The notes under the pieces were generated by a model. The model was not told the origin of the DNA. It ran no database searches and worked only from the letters and a program-made list of their open reading frames with translations. 64,000 nucleotides of DNA, taken from assembly GCA_963765205.1 (NCBI GenBank), contig CAVXVB010000008.1, positions 160,001 through 224,000 of the forward strand, given 5' to 3'. The number at the start of each line of letters is the position of its first letter. The stretch's first letter is position 1. This DNA comes from an uncultured Verrucomicrobiae bacterium (GTDB lineage: Bacteria; Verrucomicrobiota; Verrucomicrobiia; Opitutales; JABDGR01). The translations under genes were made by a program, and so were the position numbers. Shown in pieces: positions 9,179-18,445 of this stretch.

Positions 9179-10315
9179 ATGAGCGCAAAAACCAAGCTTG
9201 CGCTGGCGGCAGTGGTGTTAGGCGTCCTCGCGCTGAACACCCACCAATTTCAGGTTAACCGCGAACTGGAGGTAGAGATTTCCGCAGTGCAAAAGGTCGC
9301 GGCCAAACCCAAGCCGCGGCCCGTCGTGGCGACGGTGCGCAAGACGGTGATCACGGAGGGCAGCGGCCGGGAGCAAATATCCCTGGCCATCCTGCAGGCG
9401 CCGGGGGTGCCCACGATGCTGCGCAAAGTCGGCGCCAAGTTCTACCCGCTCACCGTGGACGACATCCGGCAGGACCCCGGCCTGATGAAGCAACTGACGA
9501 ACCGCTTTTCCAGCATACCAAGCACACTGCAAGCCAAGCTGCAAGGTTATGGACTGTCACCCGAGGCGGTGGAGAGTTATCACAGCATCATCGCCGAGCG
9601 GGATGCGCAGACGTATCTCCTTTTTCTCGACTATTCGCAACCGGGCCTGGATGACGGGGACCTGGCGTCTTTTGACGCCGAGCGGCAGGCCCTTGATGAT
9701 GACGCCGACGCGCAGATCGGCGCGCTGATCAATAACGCGGACAATTTCGCCGACTACAAGGACTCGGCGGATCAGGATGACACCGGGCAGCAGGCCCTCC
9801 AAACTTTTACATCCAATCTGAAGCGCGCGGCCAGCACGGCGGGCGAAGACCTGACCCTCTCGCCCGAACAAAGCGACGCCCTGACCAACATCATGCAGGA
9901 AGAGCTGGCAAATTCCGGCCTGCCGGACCCCTTTGTCGCCCACCTGATGCAGGCCTCGGGCATGGCGGTGATCACCCCGAGCTTTCTCCAGTCCAAACAG
10001 ATGCAGGAGACCGGAACGGATATCACGGCCTTTGCGCCGGAGAAGGCAACGATGCTCAGCCGCATCATGGACCGCGCCGCGCAGGTTCTTACCCCCGCCC
10101 AATTCGCCGTTTTCCAGCAAAAGCCACCCGACCTGATGACAATGCAAATGAGATCCAAGACGACTCTATATTTAGAACAGCCCATCACGCCGCTGCCTTT
10201 CGGCGACACGGCGCAGACCGGCCAATTGACGATCTTTCCCGCCAACGCGGGCGGATCCTCCGGCTTCGGCGGCAACTTTAGCTACAGCATCAAAACCCTT
10301 CCCGCGGCCCCGTAA
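9179..10315 (+). CDS. Hypothetical membrane-anchored/exported protein (paralog 1)
   Basis: 378-aa ORF with an N-terminal hydrophobic anchor and LSPEQ/LTPAQ motifs; similar to the next gene. Confidence 0.75.
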   Translation: MSAKTKLALAAVVLGVLALNTHQFQVNRELEVEISAVQKVAAKPKPRPVVATVRKTVITEGSGREQISLAILQAPGVPTMLRKVGAKFYPLTVDDIRQDPGLMKQLTNRFSSIPSTLQAKLQGYGLSPEAVESYHSIIAERDAQTYLLFLDYSQPGLDDGDLASFDAERQALDDDADAQIGALINNADNFADYKDSADQDDTGQQALQTFTSNLKRAASTAGEDLTLSPEQSDALTNIMQEELANSGLPDPFVAHLMQASGMAVITPSFLQSKQMQETGTDITAFAPEKATMLSRIMDRAAQVLTPAQFAVFQQKPPDLMTMQMRSKTTLYLEQPITPLPFGDTAQTGQLTIFPANAGGSSGFGGNFSYSIKTLPAAP

Positions 10316-10320
10316 CGCCC

Positions 10321-11502
10321 ATGGCCAAGTCGTCCCCATCCACCCGGATCGTGATCTTGTTCGTGCTGGCCGCGCTGACCGTGGAGGTTTGGCAATTGCG
10401 CCAGACGGCGCTGTTGGAGGAGGAACTGGCCGCGGTTGAGCAAACTAAGCCCCCGACCGCGCATGCGGCGCCCAAGCCGCCGCCGGTGGTGGTTGATGCG
10501 CCCGCGCCCGAGTTTACGGGCGAGGCCGCCGAGCCGGGCAAACCTTTGACCCTCGCGGATGGCTCGGTGGTCACCGTGAAGGATTCGACGCCGCGCAGCG
10601 TCACGGTGCATCGCCCCGCGAATACGGGCACGTTGTTGGCCGAAATAGATGGAGAGGTGCGCCAAATCAGCGTGGACGACCTCAAGAACAATCCGGACCT
10701 GATGAACCAATTGACCGGTGCCGCGAAAACCTCGGCGCAGCGCGAATTTGCCAATTACCTCAAGCAATCGGGGTTGACGGCGGAGCAGCAGGCCCAATTC
10801 CAAGCGACCATGGCGGACCGCACGTCCCAGATTTGGCTGGCGGCGCTGCAAGTGGCCACCAAAGGAGACCTGACAGCGGACCAACTGGCGGCGCTGAACC
10901 AGCAAGTCAGCGAAATTGAACAAACGGCCCAGGCCAGTCTGCGGCCGCTTTATGCGAGCGACGACGACTTCGCCGCATTACAAACCTACCAAGCGCAAGG
11001 CGCCGCCCAAGGCGTTCTCAGCACGCTGGGCCAAATGGTGCATGACCCCCTTACCCCCGAACAATCGGACGCCATCTCCGGCATCGTCGCAGAGGAATAT
11101 GCCAAGGCCAATTTGCCCGAACCCATGGTGGTGGGCATCCTCTGGGGATTAAACTCGGACCTGCCGCCCCTGACGGGCGAGTTTCAACAAATGGAAACGA
11201 GCATCGAGGATCGCCTGGCCGCCGTGCTCACTCCGTCACAAGCTGACCAGTTAAAATCCAGCCCGGGCAGCGCCGGTCGTTTAAAGAATGGCGTGATGCG
11301 GACCACCTCGTCTTTCGAGTCGGCGATAGACCGTGGTTCCATGACGGGAGGGGGCTCCGCCGATACGCCCAAATTCAAGTTTTTCCCGGGTGAACGATCG
11401 GGCATGGGTTCCGGTGGCGGCGGATTTGGTTATACGATGTCAGGCCCTAATGGATCGTCCTACAGCAAGGATTATTTTGAAGTTGATATACACACAGATT
11501 AA
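10321..11502 (+). CDS. Hypothetical membrane-anchored/exported protein (paralog 2)
   Basis: 393-aa ORF 5 nt downstream of paralog 1; shared blocks VDDxxxxPxLMxQLT and LxPEQSDA. Confidence 0.75.
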   Translation: MAKSSPSTRIVILFVLAALTVEVWQLRQTALLEEELAAVEQTKPPTAHAAPKPPPVVVDAPAPEFTGEAAEPGKPLTLADGSVVTVKDSTPRSVTVHRPANTGTLLAEIDGEVRQISVDDLKNNPDLMNQLTGAAKTSAQREFANYLKQSGLTAEQQAQFQATMADRTSQIWLAALQVATKGDLTADQLAALNQQVSEIEQTAQASLRPLYASDDDFAALQTYQAQGAAQGVLSTLGQMVHDPLTPEQSDAISGIVAEEYAKANLPEPMVVGILWGLNSDLPPLTGEFQQMETSIEDRLAAVLTPSQADQLKSSPGSAGRLKNGVMRTTSSFESAIDRGSMTGGGSADTPKFKFFPGERSGMGSGGGGFGYTMSGPNGSSYSKDYFEVDIHTD

Positions 11503-11688
11503 GCGGTGCACCGCTGGAAAACGACACGGTCGGCCGTTTGTCATGCCATCAGAATGCAACCGTGCTGATGTTGCCTAGGGGCACGGGATTAACCGCACCC
11601 CTGACCCCGATCATGCGGCAGTAGCCGCAACCGACGACCAACGGAACCAAAAGCGAAAATTCTTAGAGCCGTTTTAGATTGAGACTTA

Positions 11689-12570
11689 GAGCTTATCCGT
11701 AAATAAAAGTTGTTCGTCTGTAAACAATAAGCGCGCTGGCGAGACAGAGCAAGGCTTCGTGGGAGGCGGCGGTTTTCTCAAACCGCACGAGGAGTTTGCG
11801 GTAGCGGTTGAGCCAGGAAGCGGTGCGTTCCACCACCCAGCGACGGGCTTGGCCGGTGGATCGGCGCGGGGCTGGTTTGGCTCCGCGGGCAGGCACATGC
11901 GGACGGTAGCCGTATTGGCGCATGGTGCGCAGGCCCGGTTTCCCCCAGTAACCCTTGTCGGCACACAAATGGGCCGTGCGCCGGTCGTGGCGCTGGCGCA
12001 ACGTGCGGCGCACCAGCGTCACGTCGTGTTCATTGGCCCCGGCGACGATGAGCGACAGCGGGACGCCACGGGCGTCCACCAGCACGCTGCGCTTGCTCCC
12101 ATTTTTTTCCCCGGTCGGTGGGGTTGGCTCCCACCGCTTCGCGCGCCAGAGGGGCCTTGACCAGGGAGCCATCGATGCTTTGCCACCGCCACGCGATGCC
12201 CTCCAATTCATCGTAGTCGGCCAGACCGGCCCGCCACAACGCCTCGAAGAATCCGGCGGCGTGCCACTGCTGAAAGTATTTGTGCACGGAACTGGCGCTG
12301 CCATACCGGGCCTTGGACAGCGCTTTCCACTGGCAACCCGTGCGCAGCACGTAAACCACCGCCTCGAAGATGCGTCGAGGCGCGAGGGCCTTGCGGCCCG
12401 CGCCTGCGGCGCGACGGTAGCGCCCGCCCGCCTTCCGGCCGGCGCGCGCGGGAACCAAAGGCTCGACTTTGGCCCAGAATTCATCAGAGATTTCCCAGGA
12501 GGATAGTCGCGGCATCCCCGCAGTTTATCCCGCCGCCTTCTCAACGCAATCCTTATTTACGGATAAGCTC
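11689..12570 (-). mobile_element. IS5-family (IS427-like) insertion sequence, 882 bp
   Basis: Perfect 18-bp TIRs GAGCTTATCCGTAAATAA (11689-11706 and 12553-12570) flanked by a TA duplication; the empty target reconstructs as CTTAAG. Confidence 0.95.
11693..12515 (-). CDS. IS5-family transposase, orfA/orfB joined by a -1 frameshift
   Basis: orfA has LRTGCQW..SIDGS..NPTDRGK; orfB has KRSVLVDARGVP, ADKGY, RWVVERT. The junction is GGGGAAAAAAAT (minus strand, ~12101-12112). Confidence 0.92.
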
Positions 12571-12598
12571 TAAGCTTCTGCTGGAGGATACTCAATTC

Positions 12599-12982
12599 AT
12601 GGGTTTGATCTACACGAGCATCACTTTAAAAAATCCAAGTGCGACCGGCTTGGAACCCGTGCGGGCGCTGGTGGACACTGGCGCCATCACGATGTGCGTG
12701 CCGCCGCACGTCGCCCTGCAACTGCAATTGCAGGAAGTGGAGCAGCGCGAAGCCACGGTGGCCGATGGCCGGCGGCAACTGGTGCCCTACGCCGGCCCCT
12801 TGCACGTCTTTTTCCAGAATCGCAGCAGTTTTGGCGGCGCGTTGATTTTCGGCGACGAAGTTGTCTTGGGCGCCATTCCGATGGAGGACATGGATTTGGT
12901 CATCAACCCCGCCCGGAAAATCGTGATGGTCAATCCGGAAAGCCCGAATTTCCCGATGGCCATCGTCAAGCGGTCAGAATGA
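12599..12982 (+). CDS. Clan AA (retropepsin-like) aspartic protease
   Basis: ALVDTGA catalytic motif; LGAIPMEDMDLVINP C-terminal motif. Confidence 0.88.
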   Translation: MGLIYTSITLKNPSATGLEPVRALVDTGAITMCVPPHVALQLQLQEVEQREATVADGRRQLVPYAGPLHVFFQNRSSFGGALIFGDEVVLGAIPMEDMDLVINPARKIVMVNPESPNFPMAIVKRSE

Positions 12983-13036
12983 GGGTCTGTTTTCGCCGTT
13001 GCCAAGTGCCCCCGGTGTGTCTAGCACTAACGTTTC

Positions 13037-13921
13037 ATGCGACGCATTTTCCTTCAGAGCATTGCCGCCGTCCTCGCCACTTTGGGCCTGGCCGCCTGCA
13101 CGGCCGTGCCCGCGCAGCAGAAAGTCACCCTCAATATTGCCGCGACGGACAATTTCAAACCGATTTTAGAGCAGCTCGCGCAATCCTACCACGCGCGCCA
13201 GACGTGGGTGGACCTGCGACTAGTGACCGCCAACACCGCGCGCCTGGAGCAGGACTTCAAGGACGGCGCAGCCTACAACGTCTACATCACCTCAAACCGC
13301 GCCAGTCTCGCGGCCCTGGCGAGCAAGGACGCCGTCAACCCGCGCAGTTTGCTGGTGCTCGCCTACAACCAGCTGGTGCTGGTGGCCCCGGCGGATACCT
13401 CCCTGCGCCTGGATTACCAGCATCCCCTCTATATTCTGGCCACGCCCGACGTGCGGCAAATCGCGGTGGCCAGCCCGGACTTGATGCTGGGGCACCTCAC
13501 GCGCGAAGCCTTGATGAATTTGCACTACCTGCCCACCCACCAGGCCCAGCCCTTGGTGCCGGATAACGGCACCCCCACGGCGCCCACCCCAGCAACGCCA
13601 TCGCTGCTTCCGGCGCTTGAACCCACCACCAACCTCGAGCCCAAGCTGCTGGTTGTGAACAGCGAGGCCGACGTCATCGCCGCCGTCGAGGACGGGCGCG
13701 CGCAAGCGGGCATCACCTATTCCAGCTACGCTTTCGCCGACAAGAAAGTGCGCATTCTGCTGCCGGTGCAGGACGACTCGGGTGCGGCGCCCTACGCGCC
13801 CATCGAATACGACGCGGGCATCCCCCGCAATGCCCCGCACAATGACGAGGCCTGGAACTTCCTGGATTATCTGCGCAGCGCCGAAGCCCACGCCATCATG
13901 CAGCGCAGCGGGTTGTTATAA
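13037..13921 (+). CDS. ModA-like ABC substrate-binding lipoprotein (divergent)
   Basis: Lipobox LAAC; NQLVLV, IAVASP, VEDGRAQAGITYSS, PIEY and FLDYLRS as in the ModA fold. Confidence 0.75.
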   Translation: MRRIFLQSIAAVLATLGLAACTAVPAQQKVTLNIAATDNFKPILEQLAQSYHARQTWVDLRLVTANTARLEQDFKDGAAYNVYITSNRASLAALASKDAVNPRSLLVLAYNQLVLVAPADTSLRLDYQHPLYILATPDVRQIAVASPDLMLGHLTREALMNLHYLPTHQAQPLVPDNGTPTAPTPATPSLLPALEPTTNLEPKLLVVNSEADVIAAVEDGRAQAGITYSSYAFADKKVRILLPVQDDSGAAPYAPIEYDAGIPRNAPHNDEAWNFLDYLRSAEAHAIMQRSGLL

Positions 13922-13958
13922 TGGTTCTCCCACCACGGCAACGTAATGGGTTTGGATT

Positions 13959-14345
13959 TTATTTGGACGCGGGTAGCGGAGCCTCGCCCAGCAATTGCCG
14001 CACCCGCTCAAGCAGCAGCGTGGGGCTGAAAGGCTTGGTGTAAACATTCCGGGCGCCGGCGGCGAGCAAATCATCTTGCGTGCTACCCCGGCCTTCGCTG
14101 GTGACAATCACCACTGGCAAGCCCGCCAACGCGGGATCCGCCCGGAAATCCCCCAACAATTCCAGCCCCGTGCGGCCGGGCAACATCACGTCGAGGATGG
14201 CCAGATCGGGTTGTTCCATCCGCGCGCAAGCGCAGACGGACGGGCCATCGCGGCAGATGGCCATGGCGTAACCCGCCCGGCGCAGGTTGAACTCGAGCAG
14301 CTTCACCATCATGGGGTCGTCATCGGCGATAAGAATTTTTTTCAT
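13959..14345 (-). CDS. Single-domain response regulator (receiver)
   Basis: ILIADDD, LDVMLPG, VT, KPF motifs. Confidence 0.92.
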   Translation of the reverse strand: MKKILIADDDPMMVKLLEFNLRRAGYAMAICRDGPSVCACARMEQPDLAILDVMLPGRTGLELLGDFRADPALAGLPVVIVTSEGRGSTQDDLLAAGARNVYTKPFSPTLLLERVRQLLGEAPLPASK

Positions 14346-14363
14346 GAATAAATCATAGTCAAA

Positions 14364-16061
14364 TCAGGCGCCGCATTCCCAGACGAGCAAGGTCTGGTCG
14401 TCGCGCGGGTCGGTTTCGTGGGGGTGGGCGGCGCGAATGCGTTGCTGGATGGCGTCCCAGAGGGCCTCGCCGCCTTCCGCGCGCCGGGCGCGCAACAAAT
14501 CCGCCAAGCGCTTCCAGGCTCCCACGGAGTCGGCTCTCGTTTCCCATTCATACAGTCCGTCCGTGACCAAAACGATTTGATCGCCCGGCGCCAGCACCTG
14601 CTCTTCGACGCGATAGTGGAGGTCGCCATACAAACCCAGCGGCGGGCCGGACGGGGCAAATTCGCGGGCCGGGCCGTGCGCACCCGGCCCCAGCCACAGC
14701 ACCGGACAATGGCCGGCATTGACGATAAGGGCCCGGTCGCGCGGCGGCGTGAGGTAAACGAGCGCGCTAGTGGCAAAGAGGGTGAGTTCGCCGGTCTGGC
14801 GGCACAAGACCCGGTTGAGGTCTTCCAGCAACTGACCGACGGGCAGGCCCATGTCGCAGTGCATGCGCAAGGCGGTGCGCACCATGCCGGCAAAGAGCGC
14901 GGCGGACATGCCTTTGCCCATCACATCCACCATCGCCAGCAACAGCCCGCCGTCGGGCATCGGGCAAATATCCACGTAATCGCCGGCCACGGTGCGGGCG
15001 TTGCGGCGGCAAACCACCGCGCGACCGCCGGGGTAGGTCGAGGAGGCGGGCAACGGCAGGAGGTCATTCTGCATGGTTGCGGCAATCTCGATTTCGCGCC
15101 AGGCCTGCTGCTCGCGTTCGCGCACCAAGGCATGGTTGGCATTGGCCAGCGCGATGCCAAACAGGTCGGCATAAGTGCGCACTGTGCTCAATTCCGAGGC
15201 CAGGAGATACGGCTGGCGCCGGCGGGCCAGAGTCAGCGCGCCGAGCGTCAGCCCGCCGGCGCGTAACGGGACGCAAAACCCGCAGTCAAAAGCGCCCCAG
15301 ACCGGATCGGGGGTGATTTCCGCGGCCTTTTGCCAGACCACCTCATGGCCGTTGCGCAAGACGCGGTCGGCCAGCGCATCCGCGGGGTTGGCTCCGGCGG
15401 CAAAGGGTAATTGGGCGAGTTCGTCGCGCAATTCGGATTGCAGATCAGGCTGGAAATGCAGGCTGAGCCGGTTATGCGGCACGACTTTGGCGATGTCGCC
15501 GACGGCTTGTTTGAAAAACTCCGGGAGCCGGGCGGCGGCAATCAACGCATCACCCAGGCGGTAAAACGCCGCCAGGCTTTCATAGCATTGCGAAATTTCC
15601 GCCAGCGCCGATTGCAACAGGTCTTCCGCGGAACCTCCGGGTATGGAAAGGCCCGCCGCCGCCCGCCACATAACCAGGCGAAAACCGCCCGGCCCCTGCC
15701 ATTGTTCCACCCGGTCGCAGGATTCCTGGATGAGAAACAGACCGCGGCCGGAAGTTTGCAACGGGTCCAGCGGCAGGCCCGCCTGCAACTGGCCAGGCTG
15801 GAGCCCCGGCCCCGAATCGGCCACTTCCAGGCCTATACGCCCGTCGCCCGCCGACCAGGCGACTTCAATTTCCCGGCGTGCATCTTGTTGGCTGCCATGG
15901 ACCACGGCGTTGGTTGCGGCTTCAGCAAAGACCAATTCCCAACGCGAAATCTCATCTATTGACACGCCGGCCTGGCGCAGGAACACGCTGAAAGCCAGGC
16001 GCAACTCCTCCAGCCGCTTTAAATCGGCGGGTATGCGGAGACGCTGGCCGAAATAGTCCAT
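14364..16061 (-). CDS. RsbW-like HATPase / GAF / SpoIIE (PP2C) phosphatase fusion
   Basis: N-terminal EAATNAVVHG, DSGPG, SGRGLFLI; central GAF-like segment; C-terminal AGDY, DVMGKG, NAGH, TDGL, DDQT. Confidence 0.9.
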   Translation of the reverse strand: MDYFGQRLRIPADLKRLEELRLAFSVFLRQAGVSIDEISRWELVFAEAATNAVVHGSQQDARREIEVAWSAGDGRIGLEVADSGPGLQPGQLQAGLPLDPLQTSGRGLFLIQESCDRVEQWQGPGGFRLVMWRAAAGLSIPGGSAEDLLQSALAEISQCYESLAAFYRLGDALIAAARLPEFFKQAVGDIAKVVPHNRLSLHFQPDLQSELRDELAQLPFAAGANPADALADRVLRNGHEVVWQKAAEITPDPVWGAFDCGFCVPLRAGGLTLGALTLARRRQPYLLASELSTVRTYADLFGIALANANHALVREREQQAWREIEIAATMQNDLLPLPASSTYPGGRAVVCRRNARTVAGDYVDICPMPDGGLLLAMVDVMGKGMSAALFAGMVRTALRMHCDMGLPVGQLLEDLNRVLCRQTGELTLFATSALVYLTPPRDRALIVNAGHCPVLWLGPGAHGPAREFAPSGPPLGLYGDLHYRVEEQVLAPGDQIVLVTDGLYEWETRADSVGAWKRLADLLRARRAEGGEALWDAIQQRIRAAHPHETDPRDDQTLLVWECGA

Positions 16062-16423
16062 GGGCAAAGTTGGGCGGGCACGCGTTGCGGTTCTGCCCAC
16101 CCGCGCAGGCAGAGATAACGTTCCCGTAATGTAATTGTCCACAATTAAGGTGGGGTAAAATGCATGAAAAAGCCAGCGCCCAATCCCTGTAACTTAAAGA
16201 TTGGCCATTATTTCGCCTTATCGTTCGAGTTTACGATTTCTTAAGCACCATGTAAACTGGTCATTACCCTCCAGCGTCATCCGCTTAGGGTGTTTCCCCC
16301 GGCTGGCCTACTGAATTGCGGGAACGAATTTCAGCAATTATTCCTGTGGCGGCTCAGGTTGTGAAAAGAAAGATTGCGGCGACGTTAGTAATTATGCCAT
16401 TAACCAAGTGCTCCTTCCATTTT

Positions 16424-16738
16424 ATGTCGCTTTTCCGCTTCGAGCACCGACCCGAACGCAAGGAATTGCTCGTCATCATTGCGACGCCGCAATTTACGGC
16501 CGCCACCGTGCCGGAATTTAAAGCGGCGTTTGAGAGTGCCTGGAAGCCGGACATTACCCGCGTGGTGCTCGACCTTTCCGCCGTCGAATTCATGGACAGT
16601 TCGGGCGTCGGCGCCCTGCTCAGCGTCCAAAAGCGTTTGTCCACCCAAGGCGAACCGGTGACCCTCAAAGGCGCGCGCGCGGCGGTTGTTGGCGTCATCG
16701 AACTGCTGCGCCTGCAACGGGTGTTTAAGATGGAGTAA
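16424..16738 (+). CDS. STAS-domain anti-sigma-factor antagonist
   Basis: VVLDLSAVEFMDSSGVGAL phospho-acceptor motif. Confidence 0.92.
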   Translation: MSLFRFEHRPERKELLVIIATPQFTAATVPEFKAAFESAWKPDITRVVLDLSAVEFMDSSGVGALLSVQKRLSTQGEPVTLKGARAAVVGVIELLRLQRVFKME

Positions 16739-16760
16739 AGATGGTTTCGCCGGCGATCTT

Positions 16761-17789
16761 TCACACCCAGGCGAGGTTGCGTGCGTAGCCGGACGTCATC
16801 CACGCTTCGCACGCGGTCAGATCCACCACGCACAATCGGTGCAGGCGCGGGAGGGTCGAAGATTGCGCCGCCGCCGCCGGGTCTATTTTCAGCATTCTCG
16901 TCAAGGGCAGCGCAAGCAACCGGCCTTCGGCATCGAGGGTGAGGGGGCGCGCGTAGTTGATCTCGGTGTAAGGGTTGCCAACGATACGCAAGAGGCGCCG
17001 CTCCGCACCGGTCGCGCAGTCAAGGTGGAAGAGGTCGGAGCTGCTTTCCGAAAACCAGCAGCCCGCGCCGTCGGGCGTCCAGCGCGGATACTGGCCGCGC
17101 TCGCGCAGGCACTGGCACGAGCCGGTTTCGAGGTTCCACAGCCAGATGCCGTCGCCACCGAGGAGGGCCAGCGGCTTGTGCGGATGCAAGTCGCCGCCCC
17201 GGCCCAACGGCCCGCCCGGTGGGAGAATCCGTTCCTGCCGCCCAGTGAAGGTCACCAATTGCGTGCCTTCGACCCCATAAAAAATTATCCAGCGCCGACG
17301 CGGGCACCAAGCGAGCGGCGCAAAGGCGTCGCGCGGCAGGGCAATCAAGTGCAATGCGCCCTGGCGCAGGTCAATCACGGCCAGATGATGGCGGATATGA
17401 ATGGCCCGCAAACGCGTGTCCGTCGCCACCAGCGCCAGGAGCGCATTGGCCTCGACCCAATGGCCCAGCAGCCAAATGGCCCATTGGTGCAGCCCGAGGC
17501 GGATGAGGCGGCGGCTCTGGCCCGTGGCGAGGTCGAATTCGCGAATCTCACTGAAATCGCGCACGCCCAGGCGAAGCTGGCAGCAATAGGCCCAGGCCAG
17601 CCCGCGCGCGGCATCCACCGCCAGCGGGCAATCCACGCCCCCCAAGTGGCCCAGCGCGCGCGGCGCGGCAAAGTCGGTCTCCGCCAGTTGGCACTCGCCG
17701 CCATCCTCCCAGAGCAGCCGTCGGCCGCAGGCGCGCGGCGCCACCTCGCGAAATCCTTGCGCCATCTGGAGCTTCAACGGCAGCGACAT
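16761..17789 (-). CDS. Hypothetical beta-propeller (TolB/WD40-like) protein
   Basis: Repeated blade-like motifs LAWCP, PRWTPDG, NLAWV, WNLETG. Confidence 0.65.
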   Translation of the reverse strand: MSLPLKLQMAQGFREVAPRACGRRLLWEDGGECQLAETDFAAPRALGHLGGVDCPLAVDAARGLAWAYCCQLRLGVRDFSEIREFDLATGQSRRLIRLGLHQWAIWLLGHWVEANALLALVATDTRLRAIHIRHHLAVIDLRQGALHLIALPRDAFAPLAWCPRRRWIIFYGVEGTQLVTFTGRQERILPPGGPLGRGGDLHPHKPLALLGGDGIWLWNLETGSCQCLRERGQYPRWTPDGAGCWFSESSSDLFHLDCATGAERRLLRIVGNPYTEINYARPLTLDAEGRLLALPLTRMLKIDPAAAAQSSTLPRLHRLCVVDLTACEAWMTSGYARNLAWV

Positions 17790-17810
17790 GGGGTTTCCGG
17801 AGGTTTTTTT

Positions 17811-17893
17811 TTTGACAGAATTAACAGAATTTACAGAATTATCCTTAATAATCATCCCAAGACTAATTTTGTTAATTCCGTTAATTCTGTCAA
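17811..17893. repeat. Inverted pair of 9-nt tandem arms (ACAGAATTW family)
   Basis: ttgacagaattaacagaatttacagaatt ... aattttgttaattccgttaattctgtcaa. Confidence 0.9.
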
Positions 17894-17909
17894 AAGCCTG
17901 GGTGCCCCT

Positions 17910-18371
17910 TTACTCCTGCAGCTCGGCCACGCACTGGATTTCCACGGCGGCGTTTTTGGGCAGGCCGGCAACCGCGACTGCCGCCCGCGCGTGCCGCCCG
18001 CGGTCGCCAAAAACTTTCACCAGCAAATCCGATGCGCCATTGAGGACGGCCGGGCTGTCCGCAAACCCCGCCACGGCGTTGACGAAGCCATTAACCAGCA
18101 CGAAGCGCTCAAGGTTCTCGAGCGAGCCGGCGGCCGCCTTGAGCGCCGCAAGGGTGTTGAGCGCGCACACTTGCGCCGCGGCATAACCGGCGGCCACGTC
18201 CAAATCACGCCCAACCTGCCCGGCGTGGGTGAGGACGCCGTCGCGCACCGGGAGCGTGCCCGCGAGGAACACCAGCCGCCCGCTGCGCACGGCCGGCAGA
18301 TAATTGCCCGCCGGGGCGGGCGCCGGCGGCAGCTTGAAACCCAGGTCTGTGAGATTTTTTTCGTAGTGCAT
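17910..18371 (-). CDS. RidA/YjgF family protein
   Basis: PAPAGNYLP, NGASDLL, GRHARAAVAVAGLPKNAAVEI. Confidence 0.92.
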   Translation of the reverse strand: MHYEKNLTDLGFKLPPAPAPAGNYLPAVRSGRLVFLAGTLPVRDGVLTHAGQVGRDLDVAAGYAAAQVCALNTLAALKAAAGSLENLERFVLVNGFVNAVAGFADSPAVLNGASDLLVKVFGDRGRHARAAVAVAGLPKNAAVEIQCVAELQE

Positions 18372-18387
18372 GGAGTTAAATCCGGTA

Positions 18388-18445
18388 TTTCAGATTCCAA
18401 ATTTCAGATTTGAGATTTGAATTCTGCGATCTTAAATTTGAAATC
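18388..18445. repeat. 7-nt tandem repeat (ATTTSAG-like)n with partial inverted arm
   Basis: tttcagattccaaatttcagatttgagatttgaaat...atcttaaatttgaaat between two co-oriented genes. Confidence 0.75.

Noticed and set aside
11662..11685. Second IS5-like end (ttagagccgtttt) beside the IS
   Set aside because: Only a few bases match and no partner end was found.
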